NCBI GenBank assembly: GCA_951406725.2
Contig: OX597817.1
Coordinates: 132,308,001-132,372,000, forward strand
Origin: Octopus vulgaris
Taxonomy: Eukaryota
Length of the DNA stretch: 64,000 bases
Reading direction: 5' to 3'
A model generated the notes under the pieces. That model was not told the DNA's origin. It was given only the letters and a program-made list of their open reading frames with translations, and made no database searches. Shown here piece after piece: positions 27,126 through 40,137 of the stretch (positions within the stretch are counted from its first letter, which is position 1; each line of letters opens with the position of its first letter). A program made the translations under genes and the position numbers.

Positions 27126-28076
27126 CTGTATTTGTTTCCCACCGCCGCTTTACAGCCTGACTTGGTGTGTTTACGTTTTCGTAACGTAGCGGTTCCGGAA
27201 AGAGACTGTTGGATTAAGGTCCTCGTTTAAATAAATAAGAACTGGGTTCGATTCGTTCGACTAAAAATTATCAAGGCGGTGCTCCAGCATGGCCGCAGTT
27301 TAATGGCTGAAGCAACCAGCAAGAGGTATCATATTATAAAGAAGTGGTTGCTATTTGGTATGGAGCTAGATATGTTGTGTTGAAGGAACTAGATGATATC
27401 GTATGGAAATAGATACGATATTACATTTTGAGGACGTAGGTATTATAATATGTTGTATCGATATATGACATTCGTGGGGAAGTGAAAATTTGCGACAGAT
27501 TACAAATCGACATAAGGCGGTGATCCGGGCAAAAAGCTTAACGGCATTTTGCTTTTCTTTGCGATACAAGTTCAAATGCCGCTGATGTCGACTGTGCCTT
27601 TTACCATTTAAGGGTTGATAAAATAAGAACCAGCTGAGTACTGGAGGTCGATAGGGAGGGAAGAGACAACATGATTGTATCGACTCCAGAACTTGACTGC
27701 TACTCTATATAATCGAGTGTAAAGGGATGAAAGGCAAAAACTGATCTGGGCGGGATTTGAACTCAGAACGTGCAATATTTGAATATTCCTGAAGCATATT
27801 TGAACCGGTAACAAGTTTGTATTCATACACACCACTACTTAGTCACCCCGTATATTATTACTGTTAGCCGTATATTATTACGGGAATATCATATGAGGGA
27901 CTTGTGTGTCAGTTCGCAGCGTCTGGCTTTCCGGTTTCTACTGTTGAAGAAGAGATAATCACTCCGAAATGCATTCATGCCGCAGTCTGGTCAGGAATCG
28001 CTGAGAGCTAACTTGGTGTATTTACACCAATTTGTCTACAGTGAATAGCTTTCTTATGAGTTCGAATACATCTTAA

Positions 28077-28589
28077 CCCATTAACTGCCAGTTTTCTTTA
28101 TTCATATTGTTTGGCTATGCCAGGGTCTTAGGAGTTCAAATAATATATAATATTAAAATTTTTTTTCCTATGTGAATTATTTTGAAAATTATGATAATTT
28201 TTCGAAAAGTCTCAGATGAGGATCGCTGAAAAAAATGCATATTTATTCATTTCTATTAAACTGCAATAATAAATCTAGTTTTTTTAAACTATAGTATCAA
28301 ATGCGAATGTGTATGAAATATCAATGAATGATATAGATGGGAAATCAGAAAAAAGAAAAAAACCTTTTCAAAACAGTCAATATTTCTGTAGTTCAAAAAT
28401 TGCGATTTATGGCATCAAATGTCCCAGAATTAGCCAGAGCTAATAATGACAATCTTTAACAACTAAATTTTGTTAAACACACCTCTACAAATGCAACGAT
28501 GTACATAAGCAATTCACTTTAAATCCAACGAACAACCAGCAGTGAGACTGTTTTCAGTAGATCCCCAAATGATCATGGCAGGCAATGGG
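28077..28589. mobile_element. piggyBac-like MITE
   Basis: ttaa|cccattaactgcca ... tggcaggcaatggg|ttca (TTAA TSD, one copy decayed). Confidence 0.6.
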
Positions 28590-28789
28590 TTCAGCATATT
28601 TGAACTGGTAAGAAAGTGCCTAATGATTCCGAGCAAATGCCGTTAAGCATTTTGCCCGACATGCGAATGATTCTGTCACCCAGCCGCCATGTTAGTGTTA
28701 TTAAGTAAGCTTAATAGAAATTTGTCCCGAAGACTAATTTTTTTCTTTAATTTATTTGTCCCCATCCAGCTTTCTCTTTCTAAATCATT

Positions 28790-29138
28790 CTTATGGCTGT
28801 ATAGCTGGGGAACTCGTGCTGCATCGGCGAGGTTTCAAGTTCAGCCGCACTGCGCGGCACCCAACGTAATGTGTGTGAACTTGGTAGACCGAATCTGAAT
28901 GGAAGCCCGTCGCTGTATATCTGTATGTGTGTGTGTGTGCGTGTGCATGCGTCCACCACTTCAGACACGGTGTTGGTTTGTTTATATCCTCATAATTGTC
29001 ATTTCGGCGAATGATACCGATCGAACGAGCACCAGAGTTAAAAAGTAAGTACTGGGGATGATTTATTCGGCGAAGGCCTTCAAGGTAGTGCTCCAGCATG
29101 GTTACAGTCAAGTGACTCGAACAAAAGAGTAAAAAGAT
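28790..29138 (+). mobile_element. Diverged SINE family 1
   Basis: Recognisable head and gtgctccagcatgg...agagtaaaaag tail. Confidence 0.7.
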
Positions 29139-30679
29139 AGATACGCACTCTACCTCTTCATGCTCAATTCGTTTATTTCGATGTTTCGAATGAATACGGA
29201 ATTCTATTTCCATTTTATCAAACTAAATAGACCATTAAATTTTATTTCTAGAGCCGTATTTCATATTACACCACCACCACCACCACCACCTCTCGCCTCC
29301 CTCTCTCTCTCTCCCTCTCTCTCTCTCCCTCTCTCTCTCTCCCTCTCTCTCTCTCCCTCTCTCTCTCTCTGACCCTCATTCTTATTTGTTTCCTTTCTTT
29401 TCATTTTTCTTTCAATTTATACAACTCTTTCTAAGTAGAGAAGAACCAAATAACTATAAATCAGTGCCACTAATTAACTGTTAAATTATTTCGTTTTTTC
29501 CTTTCTCTCTCCTCTCTCTCACTCTCTCTCTCATTAATTCCCAACCCCATTCATGCACCAAATTTTAACAAAGTACTTATTAATATTGACTGCTACAGAT
29601 TCGCTTAAATAACTACCCCCAGCCAAAAATTTTAGAATAAATAAGTAAATAAACGTAATAAGATTAATCGAACCATCGATTAGTTGATTGGTGAAATAGT
29701 TAAGCAATTGATAAATAAACAATAAAGAAGTGAAACTGAAACGGTGCGTGTGTTTTATTATTTGCATAATGCCCCTCCCGATATATAACAAAATGTAATA
29801 AAAAAACAAAACAAAAGTAAATTAAGTGGCTACAACTTAAATATTGTTAGGAATTTATGATATAACCAAGTTCAACTTCAGTCTTTGCAATCTCCGGATT
29901 GTTTCTATTCAGTCCTTTACAATATAGACCGATTGAGACAGCGTATTGCAAAATATTTAAAAGCTTAAATATGTATTCTGAACGTTTTGACGCTTATATG
30001 TAATTTTGATGTTGACATTTTAATATTTTCTTCTCGGCCAAGCAAGTGCTTCCGAAAATTCAATCTTAACTTCTTGAAAATAGTTTGTTTGTTTTTCTTG
30101 AGTGTCGCAAAAATTTTCGTCGAGATTGTGTTGCCTATCTCTACCACAGTCGGAAGTTAAGAATTATGCTACGGCGTTCAACCGCTGTAACTTCATCGAC
30201 TAAATTTATGACAGAGACTGCTTTGAGTTATCTCCCTTAGATCTACTTAAATTAAGTTGTGTATATTAATCGGATCAAAAATAAAGCTGAGTAATTTTTC
30301 AAACTATACAAAAGTAACCAAGCAGTGGATAGACAAATAAGACTTCACTGTTCTGCCCTAATTACAACCGAAACCGTTGGCTAGTTTAATACGGAACCGA
30401 AGCAAATGACTATCGTTGTCTTCCATCACATCAAAATTTTTTGTGTATTTTTGTATTTTGTAACTTCTTTGTTTTCCTTCGAAAAATACTTTTTAGATCG
30501 CTACTTCATTTTCTTCCTTCGAAAACCAATATATCGTGCCTACACTCACTCCAGCTTCCGTCGTTAACGTCCCAACATCCAACACACACTCGCACGCGCG
30601 TGCAGGTGTGCGAAGAACAATATGTATTAGTCTCTCACACACACACAAACACACACGCACACACACACACACACACAGC

Positions 30680-30715
30680 TGTCTGATGATCGGTTACGTG
30701 AAACTCCGAGTAACA
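30680..30715 (+). ncRNA. Minimal hammerhead motif with canonical core, family C
   Basis: ugu CUGAUGA ucgguuacgu GAAACUC C GAGUA aca; homologue at 8964-9001 has stem I cugu/acag and stem II gcg-gaaa-cgu. Confidence 0.65.
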
Positions 30716-30845
30716 CTATGTGTAGCCTTTTGCTGAGTTTTAATAAAGTACTAAGTTTTAGTATTCGAGTACAATTTTTTTTATCCTCATTTTGCACTTA
30801 CGTACTCACATGTGTGTGTGTACGAACGCACGTACATACGTACAT

Positions 30846-31225
30846 GTGGAAGCGTAACGGCCCAGTGGTTAGGGAGGCGGACTCGCGGTCTTGGGCTCGC
30901 GGTTTCGATTCCCAGACCGGGCGTTGTGAGTGTTTATTGACCGAAACCACCTAAAGCTCCACAAGGCTCCGGCAGGTGATTGTGGCGAACCTATTGTACT
31001 TTTTCACCACAATTTTCAATCTTTCTTCCTGTTTCTGTTGTACCTGTATTTCAAAGGGCCATACATGTCATACTCCATGTCACGCTGAATCTCCTCGAGA
31101 AGTACGTTAAGGGTACGTGGTGTGTCTGTGGAGTGCTCAGCCACTTGCACGTTAATTTCACGAGCAGGCTGTTCCGTTGATCGGATCAACTGGAACCCTC
31201 GCCGTCATAAACGACGGCGTGCCAC
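30846..31225 (+). mobile_element. tRNA-derived SINE, family 3
   Basis: A-box-like ggcccagtggtta and B-box-like ggtttcgattccc; flanked by an acgtacatac direct repeat. Confidence 0.8.
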
Positions 31226-31399
31226 GACGTACGTACATACATACATTTATGTATGTGTGTGTGTACGTATGTATGTATGTATGTATGTATGTATGTATGT
31301 ATGTATGTATGTATGTATGTATGTATGTATGTATGTATGTGTAGATTTGTATGTTTTATGCATGTATTCTCATGCATAAAGTTACAGGCTCATATATAT

Positions 31400-31625
31400 C
31401 TAAATGATAAACTGGAAAGTTTTACAGATTTTTACAGTCCCAGTGATGGAGTGGATCTGCAGTCTTCGAATTTGCCTTCTTTTTTCTGGTTTTGAGAGAC
31501 CTAATTTCTCAAGATTGGTCTTTAGGCAGGGTGTTACGTATCCCAGGGCCCCGATAATTACAGGTATAAACCTGAACTTTTAAGCTGAATAGAGTAACAG
31601 CAGATTTACCAATATTTCCTATATT
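31400..31625 (-). pseudogene. C-terminal tip of an R4/Dong-like (restriction-endonuclease-like) non-LTR retrotransposon
   Basis: Minus strand reads KFRFIPVIIGALGYVTPCLKTNLEKLGLSKPEKRRQIRRLQIHSITGTVKICKTFQFII*. Confidence 0.75.
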
Positions 31626-31994
31626 TCTCTCTCTCTCTCTCTCCCTCTCTCTCACACATACACACACACACACTATAGAAAGGTATCAATATGTGTATGT
31701 ACGCAAGTATGCGTGTATGCGTATGTATGTATGTGTGTATGTATATATGTATGTATGCATTGTACATTATTGACAGCATTACACACCAACAAACTTAGAA
31801 ATCGATGTCGATCAAGTGAACTTAATATTTAATTAAACAAATATTTTCAACCTATAATAATTTTGAAAGAATATCATTTATCGAACTTTCACTGTAAACG
31901 CATGCATTCATATATACATACGCACGATAAAACACGCATGCTTATACTTACATTCACTAAAATTGTAAGAGCAATTTGCGTATCTCTGTCTCTG

Positions 31995-32029
<35 letters not shown>

Positions 32030-32379
32030 TTGTGTATGTGTGTGTGCGTGCGTGCGTGTCAGAAAAATAGGAATACGCTTATACACTCCAATTCTTTAAA
32101 ATGAGATTGTGAATGTCCGGAAACTTCAAATATAAATTAGGAACTTTATTGTTCCGAGTGAGCTGTAAAAACCTTATAAGAAAATCTGAAAAATCTGAAA
32201 TAGGAAAAGAACTTGAACGTAGTGGTATATTGAAGGAAAGATACAGACAGACTCACACACACACTATACATATAAACATAATACATATATACATATAAAT
32301 ATAAATACATATATACATACACACACACACATACATATACATATCTTTCAAAATGTATGTTTCCATCTCTATGTGTGTG

Positions 32380-32471
<92 letters not shown>

Positions 32472-32675
32472 TTAGGAAATAAATCCAAACTTACAGGGAA
32501 AAATCAGATTTAGGATTGAATCCAATTTTATAGTAAAATATTATATTATATTAAATTAGAGACAAAACCACTATTAGGCAAATCATACAATGAAAAACTT
32601 AAGCCAATACATAAGATTATTTAAGTTATATTATTTAAATATATTACAAAATTATTAAAAAAATATAATTAATAT

Positions 32676-32743
32676 ATCACTACGATCGTTTCATGGCTGT
32701 TAATTTCTTTAAATTTTCAAGTCACAGTCATTCATCAGGTGGT
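32676..32743 (-). ncRNA. Canonical-core minimal type I hammerhead ribozyme
   Basis: cac CUGAUGA augacugu-loop-acagccau GAAAC GAUC GUA gug. Confidence 0.8.
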
Positions 32744-32872
32744 TTACATATTTATCTTGGCGATGAATATGGTACTTAAGTTGAGGCACCAGAATTTAGT
32801 ACGGTATTATCCATACAATGTCAAAGTAAGGTGATTAACATCAAAAGAAGCAACAAGGATATCCAGAGGTAA

Positions 32873-32959
32873 TGCAGTACGATCGTTTCATGCAATTCCG
32901 TTTAATTGAACAATGCAATCATTACTTCAATTTAAAATGTAGAGCAATCTTCAGCTGCA
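32873..32959 (-). ncRNA. Canonical-core type I hammerhead with extended stem/loop II
   Basis: ugcag CUGAAGA uugc-(about 50 nt)-gcau GAAAC GAUC GUA cugca; decayed inverted copy at 34706-34792 (+). Confidence 0.75.
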
Positions 32960-33550
32960 CAAAGACATAGAATCATAATTAAATCAGAACAGATAGACAC
33001 ATTAGAATAATTATACCTAAAATCTCCAAGAATTTTATAGACTAGTTTATCAAATCCCTTGTATATCTAAGGCTGAAAAAACAGAGGGCAGTATCAGTTA
33101 TGGGTAGAGCTGAGTGAGTAGACATACATTCTAATTGGTATAGTCATAAAAAATCAAGATTTATTATAATCAATTTCATGAGGTTTAGTTAGGGAAAACG
33201 TAAAACAAGATGGTAGCTGATAATTAAGGGGGTCGCCCACTAGCAGACTGTTGATAATGAAACAGGGGAAGTCTTATCATATGGTACTATAGTTAAAAAT
33301 ATTAAACAATATTGCTATGTATACAGTTAAAGTTTAGGGCAATCAAGAAGATTATTAAGAAGAATATTATAACAAAAGATGCAAATTTATGAATACTTTT
33401 GAGTATATACTAAATGTCTTACCAGAATAGAGGGAAGAAAAGAAATTATCCAGAAATAGTTTAATATTTATACATATTGCATACTTAAATAATAGCTCAT
33501 CAGATGGTATCTGTGAATATTGATTAATTGGTATATACTGTTATTATATA

Positions 33551-33781
33551 AGGCAGCGAGCTGGCAGAAACGTTAGCACGCCGGATGAAATGCTTAGCGG
33601 TATTTCGTCTGTCGTTACGTTGTGAGTTCAAATTCCGCCGAGGTTGACTTTGCCTTTCATCCTTTCGGGGTCGATAAATTAAGTACCAGTTCCGCACTGG
33701 GGTCGATGTAATCGACTTAATACCTATGTCTATCCTGTTTGTCCCCTCTATCTTTAGCCCCTTGTGGGTAATAAAGAAATA
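33551..33781 (+). mobile_element. tRNA-derived Nin/Deu-domain SINE, family 2, with 17-bp TSD
   Basis: gcctttcatcctttcggggtcgataaattaagtaccag domain; ggtatatactgttatta duplicated at 33530-33546 and 33782-33798. Confidence 0.9.
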
Positions 33782-34822
33782 GGTATATACTGTTATTAAT
33801 AAAAGAGTATTGAGGTAAAGGAACATGCTAAATATATATTAATAAAATTATAATCTAAGCAGTTTTTTTTTATAATTAGTGAATATACCAGTATAGTTTT
33901 ATATAAGCTAAGTATGAATTTATAGAGATACAAAAATTCGACTAATTTCATAAATAAATAAAGGCTGATTATAAAATAATAAAGAAATAAAATAAAATGA
34001 TCAAGTAGGGCAGAACACCAAAGAAAAGGAAATAAAATGGCTTAATTACTACTACTATGATAAAGTATATGTAGCTTGTTAACACCAATAGAGAAGATTT
34101 TTAGAAAAAGTATAACAATTCAAAATATATTAGACTAAAAATTATTTATTTACTTATTGGCTAATATGAATAAAAGAATGATGTTTGATATTGGCTAAAG
34201 GAATATTTAAGTTATGGAACAATCATATTTTACAGTAATCATTTAAAAAATTAAGGGTTATATTATAAGTTTAAGAAGTTATTATTGTTACTCCCTACAT
34301 GATATTTATAGTTTCTTAATGGTACTTGTTTAGAAGGGTTATTTATATGAAGGGCCCTTATAAATACTAAGATCAGGAGGGTAGAGCCATTTAAGAAAGA
34401 GATAAATCAAGTAATTTTAATGACTTTACCAACTAGAATGTCCGTCTACTCCACTCAGCTCCACCCATAACAGATACTGCCCTCTGTTCTCTCAGCCTTA
34501 GATATACAAAGGATTTGATAAACTAGTCTATAAAATAAAAATTAAAAATCAGTGGCAGGCAGAGTCTTCTTGATAATTTTAGTAACTTCTATGCTGAAGT
34601 AGAGACAACATATTCTTTATCTATCTCCTTAACTTCTTGGAGATATTAGGTATAATTATACTAATGTGTCCATCTGTTCTGATTTAATTAAATTTTATGT
34701 CTTTGTGCAGCTGAAGATTGCTCTACATTTTAAATTGAAGTAATGATTGCATTGTTCAATTAAATGGAGTTACATGAAACGATCTTACTGCATTACCTCT
34801 GGATATCCTTGTTGCTTATTTT

Positions 34823-34887
<65 letters not shown>

Positions 34888-34972
34888 TGTATGTATGTAT
34901 GTATCATATACACACATATATATATATACAAACACACACAGATATATAAGCGTATATATATGCATATATATG

Positions 34973-35041
<69 letters not shown>

Positions 35042-36139
35042 GTATGTGTATATATGTGTGTGTGTATGCATATGTATATGTAATATAAATAGTTGTTTAT
35101 GTATCTCTGAAGTTCGTCTTTCGTTTCCTTTATGACAGACAATATCTTTTGTTTTCATTCTCCGAAACCGGAACAAATCTGCAGACAAGAAGCATTTCCT
35201 ATTCTATGATTGCAGACAATATTTGTTACTTTAAATAATCCGAACTTATTTGTGCACCCACCATCATCTTTATCACCTTACTAGATTTCTCACCTGCTCT
35301 CTTCCATCACCACTTCATCATCATCATCACCACATCATCGTTTGCGTCATAGTTTTTCATCATCATCATCATCATCGTATTCTCCTCCTCTTTCTCATCA
35401 TCATCCCTACCACCATTATGACCGACAATAGCCAGAACAGCCGCAGTATCCTCCTCCCCATCCTACTTGCCCCTTTCCCCCTCTCTCCTCCCCATTGTCG
35501 TAGTCGTCGTCATCATCATCATCATCGTCGTCGTCGTCATCATCATCACCATCATCTTCTTCTTCTTCTCTTTGCTTTCGATATATATGCCGTTGCTAGA
35601 CCTGCTAGAAATAGCGGTTAAATATCCTTCTAACATCGATAGACTCGTCAGTAAAATACGAAAAGACTCGACGAAACAGATGTAGCTTAAAAGCTTTGTA
35701 TTGATAAGTGGAATTATTAGGTGAATTTACAAAGAGTTTTTAGTACTTTTGAGCATAGGTCTGTTGAGTCGGAACTAGCCAAGGGCTAAAAACTAACACA
35801 ACAACAACAACAACACCGATAGACATCACCCTCATCATCAAGACTATGCTTAAATACTATATTAATTTTCTTCGGCTTTTCAGCGGATAATATCGACCAA
35901 TATTTGTCTAGCAGTCATTTTATTTTTCGCGTAAATTACAAGATGCGAAGTTGAAGAAAGAGGAAATAACTCGTTGGAAAGCTTTACAATATACATTTGA
36001 GCGAAAGCACCGGTTCTCAAATCCCCCTGACACGATTAATTACTTGGAGATTCCGCACAGTTTTCGTCTAGCAAATTTTATTCACACTGTATTCCAAACA
36101 TTCAGGCTAGTATGGTAGTGAGCTGATGGCAATGGTCAG

Positions 36140-36363
36140 GGCGGCGACCTGGCAGAATCGTTAGCACGCCGGGTGAAAATACTTAGCTGTATTTCGTCTG
36201 TCGTTACGTTCTGAGTTCAAATTCCGCCGAGGTCGACTTTGCCTTTCATCCTTTCGGGGTCGATTAAATAAGTACCAGTCATGCACTGGGGATCGATGTA
36301 ATCGACTTAAACCCCTTGTTTCTCCTCTCTATGTTTAGACCCCTGTGGCCAATAAAGAAATAA
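36140..36363 (+). mobile_element. SINE family 2 (decayed copies also near 6546, 12865, 14770, 16240, 27500-27790, 37105, 38620 and 39200-39400)
   Basis: Close match to 33551-33781. Confidence 0.88.
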
Positions 36364-37257
36364 ATGGTACTGAGCTGTGGAATCGAATCCGCTACAACGT
36401 GGTTCAGGGACTAGTTTCTTACCTCCACAAACATGCCCACCTCCAAAACTTTGCACTGTTTTATTTACTTATTTATTAGTTATTATTTTTTTTTATTTTA
36501 CAGAAGACATACTTATACACGAATAGACACAGCGTTTTCCGTTTCATTTCCTGCAGGTGAACTAGGACAAGCGTGAAAAGGAAAAAAACAAACAAACAAA
36601 ACACCATTAAATTGTGTGTGGTTCTGTGAGTGTGTGTGTGTGTGAGTAGGTGTTTTTATGAATGTGTGTCTGAGTGCGTCTGTCTAGTATCTACGTGTGT
36701 GTGTGTGTGTGTGTCCTGTTAGTCCATCACGCATCGTAGTTTTGTGAAAATTCACTGTTTTAACACAGCCCTCCGGCCTCCGCACATGACGTGAGGAGAA
36801 TATGAAACGGTTTTTGCTTTGCTGTTTTTCTCTTAGTCTCCTCGTACTCATCATCATCATCATCAACGCCGCCGCCGCCGTCGTCGTCGACGTTATCACC
36901 TTCACCATCATTACTACCAGCTATCATCTAGTAGTTACTGATATCGTTGTTGACCTGCTCCTCCTCCTCCCCATTGTCCCTTTCTCTCCCTCCCTCCAAC
37001 ACTCTCTCCTCTCTCCCTCCCCCCTATCTCTCTCCCTCCCCCGCTCTCTCTCCCTCTCGACACACATCCATACCATAGTTCTACACAATGAATCTTACAA
37101 TTCCGATGGCCGTCGTAGAATCGTTTGAAAGCTTAGCAACATTTCTTCTGGCTCTTTACGTTCTGAGTTCAAATCCCGCCGAAATCAGCTTTGTCTTTCA
37201 TTCTTCCACGATTAATAAAATAAGGCACCTTGTTTTCCTATTGTATGCATTCGTTTC

Positions 37258-37715
37258 GGATCTTTTCGGTTTGAACGACAGTTTTTTCTAGCGGTGTCAT
37301 ATGAAATTGTCACCCATAATTAAAACTCTAGTATCGATCTATTGCATTTCAATCTGTTTTAGGGTTAGGGTTAGTTAGGGTTAGTTAGGATTAGGGTTAG
37401 GGTTTGGGTTAGGGTTAGGGTTAGGGGTGGGGGGAAGGGTATATTTTTTTCTTCACAAATGTAAATAAACGCATTCTGAAACGAGGGACATATTCATACG
37501 GCACAGAATGTTTTTTTTTACCTCAATAGACGTCAGTGATTGGTTGAAATTCCAGAAATTGAAGAAAAAAAAATATCTTACAAACTATAGAATTTTCCCA
37601 ATAAAGCCAAGAGAAAAAGATGTTTTATAAACACATTCTACCAGTATACGAAGTTTAAAATTTGTTAGTTACCTAGAAATTATGTTAAAAACTGCCGTTC
37701 AAACCGAAAAGATCC
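37258..37715. mobile_element. MITE with 29-bp TIRs, 8-bp TSD and internal telomeric repeats (Merlin/MULE-like)
   Basis: TIR ggatcttttcggtttgaacg(a/g)cagttttt; TSD ttcgtttc at 37250-57 and 37716-23; (TTAGGG)-like array at about 37359-37425. Confidence 0.92.
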
Positions 37716-39523
37716 TTCGTTTCTTTTCCCAGTGGCTTAATTCTTTTAGCTGAAGTCCAAAATTCCCTCTCCTCAAATTGCTGATCTTATCTCGAATCGA
37801 CAACAATGAATGTGCTTTTTTTTTTTTTTGGAAGCTCTTGATAAAATTGGATTTACTATATTTTACTTAATTATAATTTGTAGAGGGGTCCTCTTTCTAA
37901 ATTATATGTTGGGGTCCACTTTCTAGTTTATATAAAAGTGATTTCTTTGTGCATGGAACTCAGGACCACGTGATCTAACGTGTTACATTTAGCTGCGCTT
38001 TCTAACAGATCGCATGACCACACCCCTCACTCACAGGAGTAATGTTAGCATTTATTGCTACCATTAAATTTGTTAATTACAGCTTTCTAATTATGAACGA
38101 GATTGGTCATCGTGGTTGTCACCTAAATGTCCGAACCAGGTCAGTCTAACGAAAAATGTCGACAGCTGTCGGACTCTTTATCAAAGTGTTTTCTTGTAAC
38201 ATTGTTTCATCTGTGGATATTTCCTGTTTCGAACAAATTCTTCATTTACCGCAGCAGCAAGTTGTTCTTTATACTTTGGCTGAAGTATATGAATGTAGCA
38301 TTTCCGATGGGTGGTCACTGTTGACACTATTGCTAACTTTTCCTGGAATGGGTCTGATTAGGAGAAACTTGTTCTTGTGCAGAATACTTTATTTCACGTT
38401 TCTCTGCATCCACTTGGTCGCCCGGTGCGTGGCACACTGAGTACCATTGCACACAATATCAATTTGGTGGAAGGAATGAGTTCAGTATTTTCATTTAATC
38501 ACAATAAGCAGGGTTTTTTTAGCAAGAAGTTCCGGAACTCTCATCGGTCGTTTTCGACTGGAGAAAGACCACGATTTTATTGTCTGAAGAAGTGGTGAAA
38601 ATGAAATTACAACATTTGGTAGCATTTACTCACGAGATCTTTTTACTTTCCGTGTTCAAATCCAGCCGAAGTTGAAACTTGTCTTTCATCGCTCTGAGAT
38701 CGATAATATAAGAATTAGTTATGTATCGGATGAGTTAAATAGACCACAGAAAATCTCATAAATGTCTTTACTACTGGAGCATTGTTTAAAAAAAATCGAT
38801 AGTTTAATACATTTACAGACTGTAGTTCTGATATATTTATCGTCCGGTATTTCCAGACATACATAATCGATCGACCGTCTCTTCCATTGTAAAAATTCGG
38901 AGTTCTTACACCCTGACGGCTTATTTCATATTAGTTATCCATGTTGATTCTAGACACTGGTTAATTCTAAAAGCAAGGTAGATAACTCCCATAAAACTAC
39001 AGTTACAACATTGATTTTCAAGAAACCTTTGGTTCCAAAACTTTTCCGGATAACTAGTTTTTCACCTCGCTCAGTACACTTTCAATTAAACGAATGTTAA
39101 ATTTACTTAAATAATTAAATGAATTACAGAAATTTTTCTATCTATGATACACGTTTATTAATGCTATGTTGTGCAAAGTATTAGACTAAGCAAGGCTAAG
39201 TCGATTTCGGCCGTGTTCGAACTCAGAACGTAAAATCGGAAAGAAATGCTGCTAAATTGGCTTCAAATTTTGGCACTTGGCCAGTAACCTCGGGGAGGGA
39301 GGAATTCGATTACGGCCCACAGTTTATCTGGTACTCATTTTATTGACCCCGAAAGGATGAAAGCTAAGGTCGACCTCGGTAGAATTTCAGCTCAGAACGT
39401 GCATATATACACATACATTCAACACATACATTCATGCATGCACACACATACACACACTAGTATATATATATGCGTGTGTAAGCTGTATACACGCACACGC
39501 ACACACACGCACACACACGCGCA

Positions 39524-39575
<52 letters not shown>

Positions 39576-39594
39576 TACACATATATATATTCTT

Positions 39595-39816
39595 TTATCA
39601 TTTTACTTGTTTCAGTGATTTGACTGCGGCCATGCTAGAACACCACCTTTAGTCGCAGAAATCGATCCAGGACTTGTTCTTTGTAAGCTTAGTGTTTATT
39701 TTATTGGTCTTCTTGCTGAACCGCTAAGTTACGGGGGACGTAAACACACAGACATGGGTAGTCAAGCGATGGTGGGAGGACAAACAGACACACAAATACA
39801 TACATACATACATACT

Positions 39817-39901
<85 letters not shown>

Positions 39902-40055
39902 GACAGGCTTCTTACAGTTTCTGTCTACCAAATCCACTCGCAAGGCTTCAGTCGGCCCGAGGCTTTAAGTAGAAGACACGTGCCCAAGGTGCCACGCAGT
40001 GGGACTGAACCGGAACCATGTGGTTGGGAAGCAAGCTTCTTACCACACAGGCACA
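39595..40055 (-). mobile_element. SINE family 1
   Basis: Full-length match on the minus strand. Confidence 0.88.
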
Positions 40056-40071
40056 CATGCGTCTCTCTCTT

Positions 40072-40137
<66 letters not shown>

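Larger units (their letters stand above)
32468..34825. mobile_element. PLE-derived element with about 300-bp inverted repeats and three canonical HHR motifs
   Basis: 32848-33153 is inverted to 34415-34817 (with an extra about 95-bp segment); flanked by (TA)n/(TAA)n. Confidence 0.75.

Noticed and set aside
30846-30925. tRNA-like sequence with A and B boxes
   Set aside because: SINE head; no clean cloverleaf and it continues into a SINE body.
33495-33510. CTGATGA on the minus strand as another hammerhead
   Set aside because: No stem II or GAAA partner downstream.
37359-37425. True telomere or chromosome fusion scar
   Set aside because: Short, degenerate and enclosed in a TIR/TSD-bounded MITE.
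38100-38460. Possible decayed Tc1 transposase (PRTGRPS, STDET)
   Set aside because: Only two short motifs and no TIRs found.
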